A stretch of DNA of 64,000 bases from Lepidodermella squamata (GCA_047495785.1 JBLDXI010000042.1:3348001-3412000); one strand, 5' to 3'. Shown: positions 25,541 to 38,337, counted from the stretch's first letter. Program-made: numbers and translations. The notes: generated by a model not told the origin, from the letters alone.

Positions 25541-26433
25541 ATGACGAGAAGTTTAACGTGCGTTGTTGTTGGCGATGGAGCTGTTGGAAAGACTTCGCTG
25601 TTGATCTCATATGCCACGAACAAATTTCCGGTGGGATATGTGCCTACAGTTTTCGACTACTACAGTGTTCTCATTTCGATTGCTGGCACACCTTTCAGTC
25701 TACGTAAATAGCTATATTCTCAAAATTAATTATTGCCTCTGCATCAGCTAGCCATCCAGCCATGCAAATGTATACTGGACACTCGTAGACCACCTGAAAG
25801 TTAGGGTATAGCTGGAAATCCGGGAAGAATAATTAGAACTCAGTTTTCGGAGCGAATTATTAGTATTATATTTTCTTTCCTCAGAGTTGGTTGATACGGC
25901 GGGGCAAGAAGACTTTGATTGTCTTAGGCCTATCTGTTACTCACAGGCAGACGTCTTCCTGGTCTGCTTCAGCGTCACTGAGCCTGAGTCATTTGCGAAT
26001 GTAAAAACTAAGGTGAGTTATCAGTCATACTCCAGATGTCCAACATAATCGAGGAATTTAGTGGGTTCCTGAAATCTCTCAACATTGCCCAAACGTGCCC
26101 TTTCTACTCGTTGGCACTAAATCTGACTGTCGAGGTAATGCAGCACTTCTTGCAGAAATGAAGCGCCATCATCAGCGACCAATCTCATCTGATATGGCGC
26201 GATATCTAGCAAATGAAGTTGCAGCAGTTAAATATGTAGAGTGCTCTGCTTTAACACAGGTAAGTATACTTATAAGAGGTATTCTGAGTTATTTTATTTT
26301 CGATATGTTTCTTTAGATCGGCCTCAAGAGTGTTTTCGATGAAGCAATAATAAGCGCTTTCAACTTCAGATTTCCTTCTCAGCTGCGAGAAGTTACCCGG
26401 CGAAAGAAAAAACGCCGGTGCCACATTATGTAG
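25541..26433 (+). CDS. Divergent Cdc42-like Rho GTPase (tandem paralogue)
   Basis: Exons 25541-25703, 25885-26012, 26062-26259, 26317-26433. [38 protein letters not shown], polybasic RRKKKRR and CaaX CHIM; frame intact. Confidence 0.9.
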
Positions 26434-27156
26434 TTATTAGCTGGAGTCTCGCATGCTTATTGCTTTTTCGTGCAAGAAGGAAAACCAGTGATTAATGTGT
26501 GCAGGTTGCAGCGTGAAGTAATGCTGTGGCATGTTTATTATTTTGGAATAGTTTACACCTAATGAGCATGAGTAGCAGCTGCCGGTTTTTTACACAGCTT
26601 ATACAGCAATAATTCCTGATCATCAAAGAACTTGATGAGAGATTTTCTCTTTGTGCCGCTTTCAATAATTACAGTAAAAGTTGTGTAAACCGGAGTCGTC
26701 TAAACCGGAATTTCTCTAAACCGGACGGATTTCAGTGGCTCTTGCAGAAAGTGTGCACTTTACATTATAAATTTGTCGTCTAAACCGGACTCTGTAAACC
26801 GGACTTTTCCTAATTCGGAGCGATTTTAGACGTGGGAAGGTTAAAAAGTCCGGTTTAGACCATTTTTTCCTTGGTTTTCGTCATTTTCAAAGCGTTTGGA
26901 ACCTGGGTTTTCCGAGGCGTTAACTTTGGCGTTGCTTATGAATGACAGCCAAAGCTTGGATGATCCACTGCGCCACCTCCGCTTATGAAATACGATGACG
27001 ATTAACTCCTACCCAACTGCTTTTTTATAAACAATTTTGAGAACCACATTTGCATTGGATAGTTACTGGGTGCTATACGATATCACTTGTTACCCGATCT
27101 AATTGATCAGTGAATACCTAAATCAAGGTAATAGTTTGGGATTTTTGGGATAAAGC

Positions 27157-27672
27157 GCCCCATCCCAACTGAAAAAGTGCCGGTAAAAAAGTTGGCTGAA
27201 CCTAGCCGAAACATATTGTTCGACATAGTTCGCTGTAAAACGAATCCCAAAAATGCAGACTCAGGTTTCCATACAGGGTGGCCAAAAAATTCCGCAGAAG
27301 GAGAATTCGATGCGCATCGATTTAATGAGGAGTTTCAAAAAATTGAGGAGTTCCATTGGCAAAAGAATGCTTGAAATTCCTCAACTTCTTAAAACTCCTC
27401 ATTAAATCGATGTGCATCGAATTCGCCCTCTGCGGAATTTTTTGGCTACCCTGTAAGTATTAGATAAAAGTTATCTATGCAGGTTACGATATGAGGTATT
27501 AGTTCGACCAAGCACAATTATGTCAAAATTGTTAGGCCACGTTCGTCCACGCCCGATATCGTTTGACCACATCTCAATACGTTCGCCCACGTTCGACCAT
27601 GCAAACCGTGCTTCGTCTAGGTTCGGCTAAACAAAATTTATTCGACCAGGTTCGAACTGGTGCCGATGGGGC
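27157..27672. mobile_element. Probable intermediate nested TIR element
   Basis: Inverted ends GCCCCATC / GATGGGGC, subterminal inverted match (GGCTGAACCTAGCCGAAACA vs reverse complement AGCCGAACCTAGACGAAGCA) and GTTCG repeats. No clear TSD. Confidence 0.5.
27274..27453. mobile_element. Palindromic 180-bp Tc1/mariner-type MITE
   Basis: Inverted arms of about 80 bp starting CAGGGTGGCCAAAAAATTCCGCAGA and ending TCTGCGGAATTTTTTGGCTACCCTG, with TA on both sides. Confidence 0.9.
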
Positions 27673-28801
27673 AGGAAATATAATTTGATTTTCATTTCTT
27701 AAATCTGCTATTAACCGTAATTAATCGTTATCTAAACGCAAATTTAGACTTTGATTTCCTAAGCCGGACAAAGTCCGGTGGTCGTCTAGACCGGATTTGC
27801 TCTAAACCGGACGATTTTGCCTGGCGCGCTGCTAGTCCGGTTTACACGACTTTTACTGTATTTATGCAACTAATTCCTGAATCATTATTTGTAATAAATT
27901 TCGAAAGATCTGTAAAGCCAAGCTATGATTTTCAAAATGTAGGCCTGGTCTGAGGTTATTTTTGATTCTTCAAAGCCATTAACGTCTCATCTTTACCAAA
28001 ACTTGCCTTCAAGTAACGATGCATGTGACAGAAAGGGAAGTAAAGGGTCTTCTTGACATTGCTTGTTATGGCAATCGCAGCGTAGGCATCTGCTAGTAAA
28101 CCCTTAACTATTTCTTATTTTACGAGCCACACCGAAAGACAAACAAGATCTATCTTTGAAATGGAAAATTGAGAGCAGGAAGCTATAACATAGACAATTT
28201 GCTGTCTTCATGCCGATCCAATGCTCATTCTCCTCACACCCGCCGCGCTTTTCCGACTTTTTTGGCAAACGACCGAAAAGTTCTTCGAAAGCGGACCTGC
28301 AATGCCTTGATAGGTATGTATGGAAAGAGAAAACTTCAAGTAAAGGTGCAGGAATGAAAAGTGAATTGGGCGGGGTAAATTGCAAAACGGCGCGAGGAAC
28401 TTCAGATATTGAACTTGCACGCGCGTGTCACAAGTTATCGCAGCAAAATTCCTCACATCTGAGTGACTTGCAGTAAGAGAGCGTCTCTGCCCCGTTGTCG
28501 ATGCCCACAGATGAACAGCCATAACGATTTCACTCCAAACCCCGACTTCTCGTCTGCGGTTCGCGCTCGGCGCTTGATAGATTGCAATTTACTGCGACGA
28601 AGAAAAATTGATATTATGTAAAAGAATAATAGAAACTTCAATCCAAATAAAAATTGTTACTAAAATTTAAATAATATTTTTTAGTTTCTAAGGAAGCTTT
28701 TTGTCACTCCTGTCCTAGCAACAAGCCGCTATTTCACATGAATCTTCGATCTTAGCAGCCTCATTCGGTTCTTGTCTCCATCTTCTGCCTGAACGTTCAA
28801 G

Positions 28802-29610
28802 ATGTTCAGATCGAAATACTTTACTCCGAAAGAAGTGGCGTTTCACAACACGGTCGATGATATATGGGTTTCATATTTGGGAAATGTCTACGATTTAACG
28901 CCGCTAGCCCAGCAATTCAAAGGTAATTTCATCGCCCATTCAAAATAGTTTTTCTTATTCCAATTGACCCGCAGATGATATACTTCTCAAACCTTTGTTG
29001 GAAAGTGCTGGGAAGGATATTTCTCATTGGTTTGATGCTAAAAAGCGAGACGTATGTAATTTTTGCCTTTCGCACCTTGATTTTTAATGCCAACATGTAT
29101 AGATTCGAAGAAACATCGATCCGGTGACTGGGTGTAATGTCTATTACTGCCCGCATGGCAGATTCATCCATGTTCCACCACCTTATCCAAGCACTGAGTG
29201 GACCAACGACTTTGGCATTCCTTGGTGGAGAGATGATCGTTATTACGTCGGTATATTGTCAAAGAAAACGAGATTGATCAAGATTGTTAACACTCTAACA
29301 TCTCAAGAGCAAGTTCTCGAAGTAAGTCATTATCCAATTCGGAATTCTATATCTCAACTCCGACTTTGATGTTTTCTAGGTATGCAGCGAAGAGACCATG
29401 AATGAAATTCTCCAAAGATATCTGAAGTACAATGCCCATGCTGCTAGTTATACGTGGAAATACGACGAAATCAATCTGGATATGAACAAAACTCTCATGG
29501 AAAATCACATCCCCGATGAGGACGAGGAGTTTTACAAACTGGGCATGCGAGACGATGAATTTCTTCAACCAGTGTTACTTTACTTCAATGATGATCTCAC
29601 TGAGGCGTAA
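28802..29610 (+). CDS. CYB5D1: Cytochrome b5 domain-containing protein 1 (motile cilia, radial spoke)
   Basis: Exons 28802-28922, 28975-29051, 29103-29321, 29380-29610. [63 protein letters not shown] and terminal [10 protein letters not shown]. Confidence 0.93.
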
Positions 29611-29730
29611 AGACTTATTCAATTCTGCTTTTTATATATCCTAAGCTTCGTGATGAAACAATTAATTTTACAAATATATATCCGTTATTTTACATTTTAG
29701 GCAGATATTATATTACCGTAGTGACTTGAG

Positions 29731-31466
29731 ATGGCGCCAAAGAAGAAGTCAGGAAAGAAAAAGTTGGCTAACATGACCGAGGAGGAGCGGTTGCTCTACT
29801 TCGAGCAGCAACGTCTTGCCGAAGAAGAGAAAGCCAAGGAAAGAGCTGCCTTTTTGGAGCGATATTTAAAGGTAATATCAATTTGTAACGCAAATTTAGT
29901 AACAGCTCTGTTATTCGATCTATTTTCAGAGCAAACTCGAGGTTGAAGAGAAAAACAGCCGGTTCAACACCAACAAGCTCAATCACCAATGGCGTAACTT
30001 CATGCGCGATGTTCGTGCCAAAGAGCTCAAGAAGGATATTGAAATTCTCAGCCAAACTTTCGAGCGTGTCGTTGACCGCAAGGAAGCTGTTATCCAACTT
30101 CTCGAGAAGGATCTCGCTGATGCTGAAGAGCAGTATGCTATGGCTTTCAGAAGCCATGTCCAGAATGTTGATCGCCTCATCTGTTAGTTGTCTATCAATC
30201 CCTTTTACTATTTATTCATGTTGTTATTCTCTAGGCATCCAAAATCAAAGGCTAAACACTCTGGAAGACGAATTTGAGATTGAGCTCGCAGTACTGAAGG
30301 AAGAGTTTGACACGGAGCGACAAGTTGTCTTCGAGCGCCATAAGTAAGACTTGAAACTCGAAAGGGTTCGATTTTATAAGTTCTCTGTTTACAGGCAAGA
30401 AATGGAGTATCTTAACGATGTTCTCTTTGCATTGGAACAACAATTTGCAGACAAGGAATTCGAACTGAGAAATGAGTTCCAGAGCAATCGCGATGAATTG
30501 AAGAACAAAAGTGTCGAAGAGAAGCACGCGCTCCGTCATGCGCTACAAGCGGCGGCTGAAGATTTGTGGAAGCAGTTCAAAGCGGCGATGGAGACCTACA
30601 AGAACAACACTGAGGAACGGCGGAAAATTTTCGAAAATCTCAAGGAAAAAGACGAGAAAGCCGCTGAAGAAATTGAGCAGCAAATGCGGAAAATTCATCG
30701 TTTGAACGAGAAAATCACAGCGATGAAGAATAAGCTGGCGGGCCATTCGCGAGAGAATGAGGCTCGTAACAAAGACATCCGAGAAGGACGGGAGAAAATG
30801 TCCCGTCATTTTCAAGAACTCAAACAGCAACTGGCTAAAATCCGCGAGCAACACAAAGCTGATCTCGGCAATTTAGTCGTCGAATCGAATCAAGCTATCA
30901 AAGACTTGAAGAAAAAGATCGAAAAAGGTGAGAAAATGCTTCGTTTGGCCGAAATGTGCCGTCGGCTTGAAACAGAGGAAGAAAAAGTTCTTCCTTTCTA
31001 TCAGACTTCGCTCACTAAGGAGGAGCAAGAAGATGTCCAACAAGCTCTGGCTGAGCCTCTTTCCGAGCCAATGGCTCAACTTATGCACGACTTCGCTCCT
31101 CTTGATAACTTCTGGAAACGATCGAATAAGGTCTGCCTCGATAAACTTGCGCTTGAGAAAGAAAGAAGTCAACTGAACGCCGAAAATTCACATCTTCGCT
31201 TCTTATTGAAACAATATCTGGACGGTAATTTTTTCTGGCGGCTTTGAAGGAATTATCTTGACTTGTTTGTTATTTTTTCAGGAATTTCTGTGAATCATGA
31301 AGTGCTTGGCGATAAGAATCCGCTTTTTGTCGTTAACAATAAGACAAATTTGAGGGTAGCAGCGCCGATTGTACCGGTTGGAGACACGCGAGTTCGAGCC
31401 CCAAGCCAAGTTGTCCTCGAGGGCGCCATCGAATGTCGACAGAAGCAGCTGATGAAACCTACGTAG
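29731..31466 (+). CDS. CCDC65: Dynein regulatory complex subunit 2 (coiled-coil domain-containing 65)
   Basis: Exons 29731-29871, 29930-30182, 30235-30343, 30395-31224, 31282-31466. [34 protein letters not shown] and LKQYLDGISV. Confidence 0.93.
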
Positions 31467-32588
31467 CTTGTTTTAAATTATTGAACGCCAATATGAATAA
31501 TTCCTTTCCATTTTATCTCAAAATGTGAATGTACGTTGCTTCATTTGTATGTGATACATTCTACAATCTACATTGTTGCTGTCAATGAAAGATCTAATAA
31601 AAAAACTTATTTTGGCGATTTATTTTTTGAAAATTTTGAGTGAATTGTTGCTCAAGTTTCGACTGCTAACATACAGTGAACTCTCTCCGTGTTACCTCTT
31701 TTATCCACTATAACGATTTCCCTCTTATAGTGATAGCTGAGGGAATAAAATGAAGAAAGTGGGCAATTATGAATTTTCGTAATAATTTACAGTATTTGCT
31801 GTAACCGTTCACTTGGTTTTATCGGCATCAGCTGGCTTTATGGCGAAATCACTCGCTTTAGTTTCCTCCTGGTATCAGAGGCCGAAGGCTGGGGTGTCTC
31901 AAACTTTGGCTCGTCTTCTTCACCAGCCTGAGAAATAACAATTTCCTAGCATTTTATCATTTTTGGGACGCTAATGCAAAGAGTCAGGCGATCAACAGGT
32001 GGTGTGGTATACGCAAACCTTATCAAAGTACGCCTCAAAGTAAGCGATAGCTGTGCGGCAGAAGATAATTAATAATTACAATAAACTAATTGACAACCGA
32101 AAAGTGCAAGCGTATTGGAGCTTTTTGCATTATATGTTGAACATTGAAAACATTTTTTTCCCATACCAAGATATTGTTTTTGTTATAGATCTTACTCTCC
32201 TTTGCTGTATGATTATAAATATTTTCTACGTGGAAATAGCTGTTTCAGCTATCGAACGCTTTAAAATGCTCAACTTTCAGCTCTTATTATTAGTTAATGT
32301 CGTTCGCGACGCGCCAAAATAACCACTTTGATGACTCATTCGATCGTACTTTGACGAGCCGAACGTAAATAAGGAGTACGTTCGGCTTATTTGGGCACTG
32401 ATCGTAATATGAATTTGCGTTCAAGGGTCGAACGAACATTCCATAAACAAGCTATAAATAGTAAAGTGGCCTTCAGCGCGTCGCTAACGATGTTTACCTC
32501 TTGTGATACTTATTATTTTAGGAGAGATGTGCCACGTTTTTCAGGGCCCAAGAATTTACAGCTGAGTACTCGTGAAAATAATTTTACC

Positions 32589-33737
32589 ATGAGCGAAGTC
32601 GGAAATTGCTCATGCGGATCGGTAATCACTTTGCATGCTATTTCTACAGCTTTTACCGCGTTAACTGACGATATTTCGGCTACCATCAACGAGTCGTTTC
32701 GAACAGGCTTCAAATCAGCTACTTCTACCCATCGAGCCATCGAGCCATCGAGCTCTGCGGCATCCGACATGATAGTGACAGTTCACGAGGATAACATGGA
32801 TATCTCAATACGCTTTCGCCGAGAATTCGACTCAGTCACGTTCGCAAAGAAAGTCTGTGATATCATGGCTCAACAAGTGAAACCCCAATTCGACGTTAAC
32901 ACCTGTATATTTCTCAATTTCTGCGTGCAATACGAACTGGACGATGAGTTGGCACGAGTTATTGGTGATGTCAAGAATGTGCTTCCGATGTGCTTCCTCG
33001 AGCACCTTATCAACAAGAGCATCGAAAATAGCTCACGCATCTTTCCACTTTTGGTCAATAATTTAGGTGAAATGGTGCAAGCAATCTTCGAGAAACGCTT
33101 CCGTATCAGGGCTTGCCTCGTCGCTCTTCGCCGCTCAGACGCCGCCAAAGTTGCTCAGGCTGAAGCCAACTTTAGTTTGGTTATTGACCAATACATGTCT
33201 CACCCTCACGACTGGTCGGAAATGTACCTTGTTCGAAATAGCTATCTAATATTACAAAAATTTTGTTCTGTGGAAATGTGCGAGAAATTTACAGATTTTG
33301 CGACATCCAGCCTTTGCCAAAGCAGTGTGGGACGTGCTGGACACGAGTTGGCTTATTATGCGAATCCTGACAGGGTATCAGGAAACCCTGAGCGAATGAA
33401 ATGCATCGTGCCCCTCCTTCGTAGCGGCATAAGAGCGAACAAATTTACAAAATATTTCCAGTGCGATGTTGAATCATTCCAAATCGATCATCGCAATTCG
33501 CAAGCTGGCAAGAGGAACCTGAGCGTATTTTATGAAATAATGTCACACTGTCACACTTCTGATCAGAATATTCGCCGCTATCGGCTAACCAATGGGAACC
33601 TCCAGATGCTGGCGCGAACTGCGATCCTCCGCCGATTGCCGATTGGGTACCGCAAGAGACGAGATGCCGTACAAAAACTTTACCTTCCGAAAGTATTGAA
33701 GGGCTACCTTGAATTTTCAGATTTGTTTTATGAATAA
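32589..33737 (+). CDS. Intronless protein with C-terminal SOCS box and unrecognised N-terminal region
   Basis: Long ORF ending LQMLARTAILRRL..AVQKLYLPKVLKGYLEF (BC box plus cullin box pattern). Probable ATG 32589, downstream of an acceptor at 32521. AATAAA at the stop. Confidence 0.75.
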   Translation: MSEVGNCSCGSVITLHAISTAFTALTDDISATINESFRTGFKSATSTHRAIEPSSSAASDMIVTVHEDNMDISIRFRREFDSVTFAKKVCDIMAQQVKPQFDVNTCIFLNFCVQYELDDELARVIGDVKNVLPMCFLEHLINKSIENSSRIFPLLVNNLGEMVQAIFEKRFRIRACLVALRRSDAAKVAQAEANFSLVIDQYMSHPHDWSEMYLVRNSYLILQKFCSVEMCEKFTDFATSSLCQSSVGRAGHELAYYANPDRVSGNPERMKCIVPLLRSGIRANKFTKYFQCDVESFQIDHRNSQAGKRNLSVFYEIMSHCHTSDQNIRRYRLTNGNLQMLARTAILRRLPIGYRKRRDAVQKLYLPKVLKGYLEFSDLFYE

Positions 33738-34842
33738 ATAATGATTGAAAACCGTTTGACTATATGTCTTTGATGGGATATTCATGAAAATTTATATATT
33801 CATTTATTTGTGTATTTATGAAAATTCACCAAGGTAAACTTCAAGAATATAAAAAAATACAAGTTGTCTGTGTTAACGCACCCCAGCGAATACATAGCTT
33901 TCCATTTCTTAAGAAAGGCCCTGAGTCTTACGATCAGAGTTAGGCCAGTGGATGGTTATTGTCGATTCTATTGGGGTTTTAACTTCTATAATCCGAAATC
34001 AAGTCACGCGAATCAAAATTGGCAGGAAATTCGTGATATACACGACCATTTTCAAGTAGTCTCTGACCAACGTCAAAAATCTTCGACCGCGGCTGTGGCA
34101 TGATCATATTACCTGCCTTCATCAACGTTTCTAACCGACCTATTTTTTTTGTAATTTGTCGGCGTGTGATCGTTTAAGGTGGACGAAAGCGACCAATGAG
34201 TTTATATCGGAATTACGTAGGAAGAGTAGTGAGCATGGTGAAAGTTGGGAGGCAAGAGCCGAACACCTCTTGCTCCGAGTTCCCTCGGCCCTGGAAACTT
34301 TTCATTCCTATACGCCTCCCTTGTTTGAGAAAAGCTGGAGCGATATATTCTGATATCTGTTCAAATATTATCCGGAACAAAAAAACCCAATCGATTCTAC
34401 CATTATTGGGACACCTCTTGTTTCGAGACATTATCAATGCACTTGAGTTCATTTTTGTTTCACTGCGAACACATGACGGGCCAACGCACACATCAGTCTA
34501 GCCAGCTGATTTATCGGCATTGTTCGGCAGCCTTTAGTTAAAACCCTAAGGGACTGTAATCACTCCGCAGACATAACGTCCATGTTATAGCTAAATATTT
34601 TTCAATAAAATTTCGCTGTCTACAGCACAACACAATTAAATTGTCCGATGATTGCAACTATCAGTCTGTTATTACCCGCCGCGATGCGACTAATAACTTC
34701 GATTTAAGGAACAGATAATAATTGCTATTTATCATTATTATCATTTTCGGCTTATTTAGCGACGACGAGTGGCCGCTCGTAAACGATGGTGTCGTTGTGG
34801 TGATACATCCGCCCGAATGTTTCGAGCGCGCCCAATTACAGG

Positions 34843-34864
34843 GCTGCTGCTGCTGCTGCTGCTG
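34843..34864. repeat. (GCT)7 microsatellite
   Basis: Direct reading. Confidence 0.85.
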
Positions 34865-36759
34865 TTGGCCTTGTTAGCAATAATATTAGCCTGTAATAAG
34901 GATGCCCTTGATTTTTAGCCGCGTGCGCTCAAAACATGCGCGAGTCTCATTTCCTCCCGCGACAAATGACGAACAAAGCGGCCCCACCTCGACGCAGCGG
35001 ACTGGTACACTAATTGTTATCAGGGCAACATCGACTATTATTATCGCGGTCGCGGTCTGATTGAAAGAAACTGCATTATCGTTCCATGATGTCGTATAAC
35101 AATATCCGGCGCGATTTTGCGTCGCCCGGGCGTGAAACGGCCTCCGCGTTTACAAATTTCATTTGCTAAACAGGACAGCAAACATGGGCATTTTTATTGG
35201 CATGTATTATCGAGATTATTTTTATCAAGTCTGATCCGCGCCCTCTATTCAATAGGCCGAATTTTGCTGCCCGTTTTAAATAATTACGTGGCGACAAAGA
35301 AAAAGGAATCATAACAAGAAAATACTCCGTCTGCTCAAGCGACAATTTGTTTCCTTTGTGAACACAAAAATGGCGGCTGGTACTAGTAATTTCCGACCGC
35401 TGAATTGTTTTGCGGGTACATAATACTAAATAAAAATACAATTTAAAATATTTTGCGAGATATTATTGAGGGCGGAATTTTCAATTACGCGCGCACAAAA
35501 AAAATCAGGGAAATTTTCTCGAAAAAAAAGAGAAAACTCGGTTTTGTAAACACCTTGATGGCCGAACAAAGGAAAAGTGAGGCGTGAAAATCTACTAACT
35601 GGCTATTGTTATTTTTTCGCTACCAGCGTAATTACAATAATAATATAAAAATAAACAATAATAGACTTTTGACTCGCGCGTTTGTTTTCGACTTGTAACA
35701 CGCGCTTGTTTAGATTAGGGTTACACAAAAGCTGCGTGAAAATATACCGGCAAAAACGTTGCTTCAAGTCGCGGTCACACGAGCCGCAAGCTAGATTATC
35801 ACGCCATTATTTAGGCTTTGTTATATCAATAGCAGTAATAATTAGAATAACACCATTTCGAGAACTTTTAACCAGGTTTTTATCACCCTCCTCCGTCATG
35901 TCAGGTTTCGCCCGAAAAAAAAACAACCAGAATAAAACACGTCATTTTTTTATTGCCATAATTATTGATAATTTCATCACTTTCAATAATAATTACTAAA
36001 ATTACAATGCAGCTATCAATTTCCGAATTTTCATAAATTAACGCAATGGAAGAAATAAAACAAAATAGCTGATATGAGAGAATTCGAAAAAAAATCAAAA
36101 GTACCAAGTCGAGATTCAAGGCATTGACATTAAAAACTCGAAATATGTGCACGTTATACAAGAGACAGATTACTTTTTATACAAGAAATAACACACAACG
36201 CGAGTGCCACATTATCCTGTTTCTAATTGTTGTTAAGATTGCGCAAGCAGGTTTTTTGTCCTACAAAAGCTGCCAGGTATCGCTTCAACACAATAACAAA
36301 GCCGGCCGCAATTTGTTATAAGACAAGTAGCTGTTGAATTAATTTGTCGTTTTTGCGAATCAATTGTTTTTTTCTCAACCGCGCTAACAATGCTATTAAA
36401 AACACGAGAGAGAGCGCGCGCGTTTATAAATATCAAAAGCGCGCGAGTTATTAAGGTGGTTTTTTTGTGAGAGCGCGCATTGCAGTGAGGCAGAAAAACA
36501 AGAGACAAAAACCACCGCTCGGTTAAGCATTACAAGCGGCACAAAAGCCAATATGATATCAATAAAATAACAATTAATTGTACTACAATAAACAGGCGAC
36601 AAAACATCCGGCTTTCAAAATTAATTCTCGAAAACGTGTCATGGTAGTATGAGTTGAGATTGATAATCAAAATTATAGCTCGCAGAAAAGAAAGAGACGC
36701 AGAGATCGAATAGGAAACGCATAAATACGATTATTGAATGATGCGATATTGTAGTTAAT

Positions 36760-36943
36760 TTAAGACGAGGGCGCCAACAGGCTGTCGATGTCGAAAATGC
36801 GGCGTTTCTTCGACGCCGAGTGATCGTCGATTAGAAGTGATTGACCCGAGTTGGGTGACACAGACGCGACGTTGCCAGCCGCGGCGGCTGCCATCAGCCG
36901 GCTCAAATGCTGCAGGTTTAGAACGTTACTGAGCGACGCTTGT

Positions 36944-36978
<35 letters not shown>

Positions 36979-38219
36979 ATGTGGCTGTTCATCATCGCTG
37001 ACAACCTCGACCGGCGAGTTGGACGAATTTGAACTAGTAGGCGCCATGTTATTAGCACCCTGATTTGCGCCAAGCAACAGCCCTAGATTCGCGAAATTTC
37101 CGCCGAATTGCGGGTTCGGTACGGCGAAACCTGGGTGATGAGCGCCGAGCCGCATCGCCAACCTGGCAGCCATGCTTACCGGATCCGCTGCTGGAACCGC
37201 GTCGGCGTCGAGACCAGCGATCGCCGCGCCTCCACCGCCGCTTTTCATCAGCAAAAACTCGCTGAAACGCTCAGCCGGTGACATTGACAGCGACGATTTG
37301 ACGCCGCCAGACTGCGGCGACGCCTTACTGCCGCCGCCCTGTTGATCGCAATCTTCGTCGCTGAAGTGCTGCTCGCCACCAATCATGCATTCATCATCAT
37401 CATCGTCGTCGTTATCAATTATTCCCATGTGTTTCTTGATGCGCTTCTGCGCCTTTTTCCGCCGAAAATCGCCGCGTTGAAAATCACTCAAATTAGCCGG
37501 ATGAATTGCCCAAAAGTGGCCCTTGCCATTTGCACTTCGACCAACCTGGAAAAATATCAAAATTTAGCATAAATCAATTCGAAAAATCGAATATAACCCA
37601 CCTTAACGAAGCAATCATTTAGGCTAAGATTGTGCCGAATGCTGTTGCGCCAACCAGGCCCGCGAGTTCGGAAGTAAGGATAGTGATCAAGGATCCACTG
37701 GTAGATATCGCTAAGGACCATTTTCTTCTCAGGTGAGCTGAGAATCGCCATGGCAATTAGACCGATATAACTATGAGGCGGTTTCGGCTCTTCGCGAAAA
37801 CATGCCGCCATGAGATGAGGCGCCATCAAAGCCGCTGCAGCCGGATTTGACAACATTGCCGCTAACGGGTTCGGATGTTGTGGGACCGCGTTAGGGTGGT
37901 TCAAAACCGCGCCGCACATTGCCGAAAACAACTGCTGTTGCCTTTCTTGTTGTTGATAGGCAGCGGCAGCTAATGCCGAGGCGTAAGCGTTTTGAGGCGA
38001 CATTGCGTCTTGGTTCAATTGATTAGCCATCGCTTGCTGCTGTTGTTGATTTCCAAGAGCACGAGAAGCCATTTCGAGGTAGGCAGCCGCGGATAACGGT
38101 GCTAACATCGAACTGACTGAATTCTGATTGTTTTGCGGGTTGTTGTTAGCCGGCGAGTTGGTTGAAGCGCGCGACTCCGGGCCGAGTAGATTCGGGTGAG
38201 GCGAGGCGGTTTGAAGCAT
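36760..38219 (-). CDS. FOXQ2: Forkhead transcription factor FoxQ2 (467 aa, C-terminal EH1-like motif)
   Basis: Exons 38219-37602 and 37545-36760 (56-nt intron). [61 protein letters not shown]|[18 protein letters not shown], poly-Q tracts and terminal FDIDSLL. Confidence 0.92.
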
Positions 38220-38300
38220 TTTGCTGTTGACTCGAATCGAAAATTAGTAACAAAATGATTGCGCGATCGCAAGGCGATGCGTGTGTGCGCCTCGCGCTGT

Positions 38301-38337
38301 GATTGGTCGGCGCACTGAAAGGGCGTGCGCTGATTGG
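38301..38337 (-). promoter_or_regulatory. Pair of CCAAT boxes 31 bp apart just upstream of the FoxQ2 ATG
   Basis: GATTGG at 38301 and 38332 (CCAATC on the gene strand). The spacing resembles paired NF-Y sites; the TSS is unknown. Confidence 0.4.

Larger units (their letters stand above)
26672..27858. mobile_element. Non-autonomous Tc1/mariner-pogo-type element (MITE) carrying nested insertions
   Basis: TIRs CAGTAAAAGT(T/C)GTGTAAACCGGA at both ends, TA on both flanks, many subterminal TAAACCGGA repeats, no transposase ORF. Confidence 0.88.

Noticed and set aside
26680-26860. Regularly recurring TAAACCGGA as a CRISPR-like array
   Set aside because: Eukaryotic context, 9-bp unit and irregular spacing. 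Explained as subterminal repeats of a MITE.
31672-31810. TACAGTGAACTCTC start resembling a pogo/Tigger TIR
   Set aside because: No matching inverted end was found.
32391-32588. ORF-track N-terminal extension of the SOCS-box gene
   Set aside because: It starts at TTG and spans a likely splice acceptor at 32521. ATG 32589 is more plausible.
33864-34501. Cluster of short ORFs after the SOCS-box gene
   Set aside because: No recognisable domain or consistent splice pattern. It may be a decayed gene but I cannot support a call.
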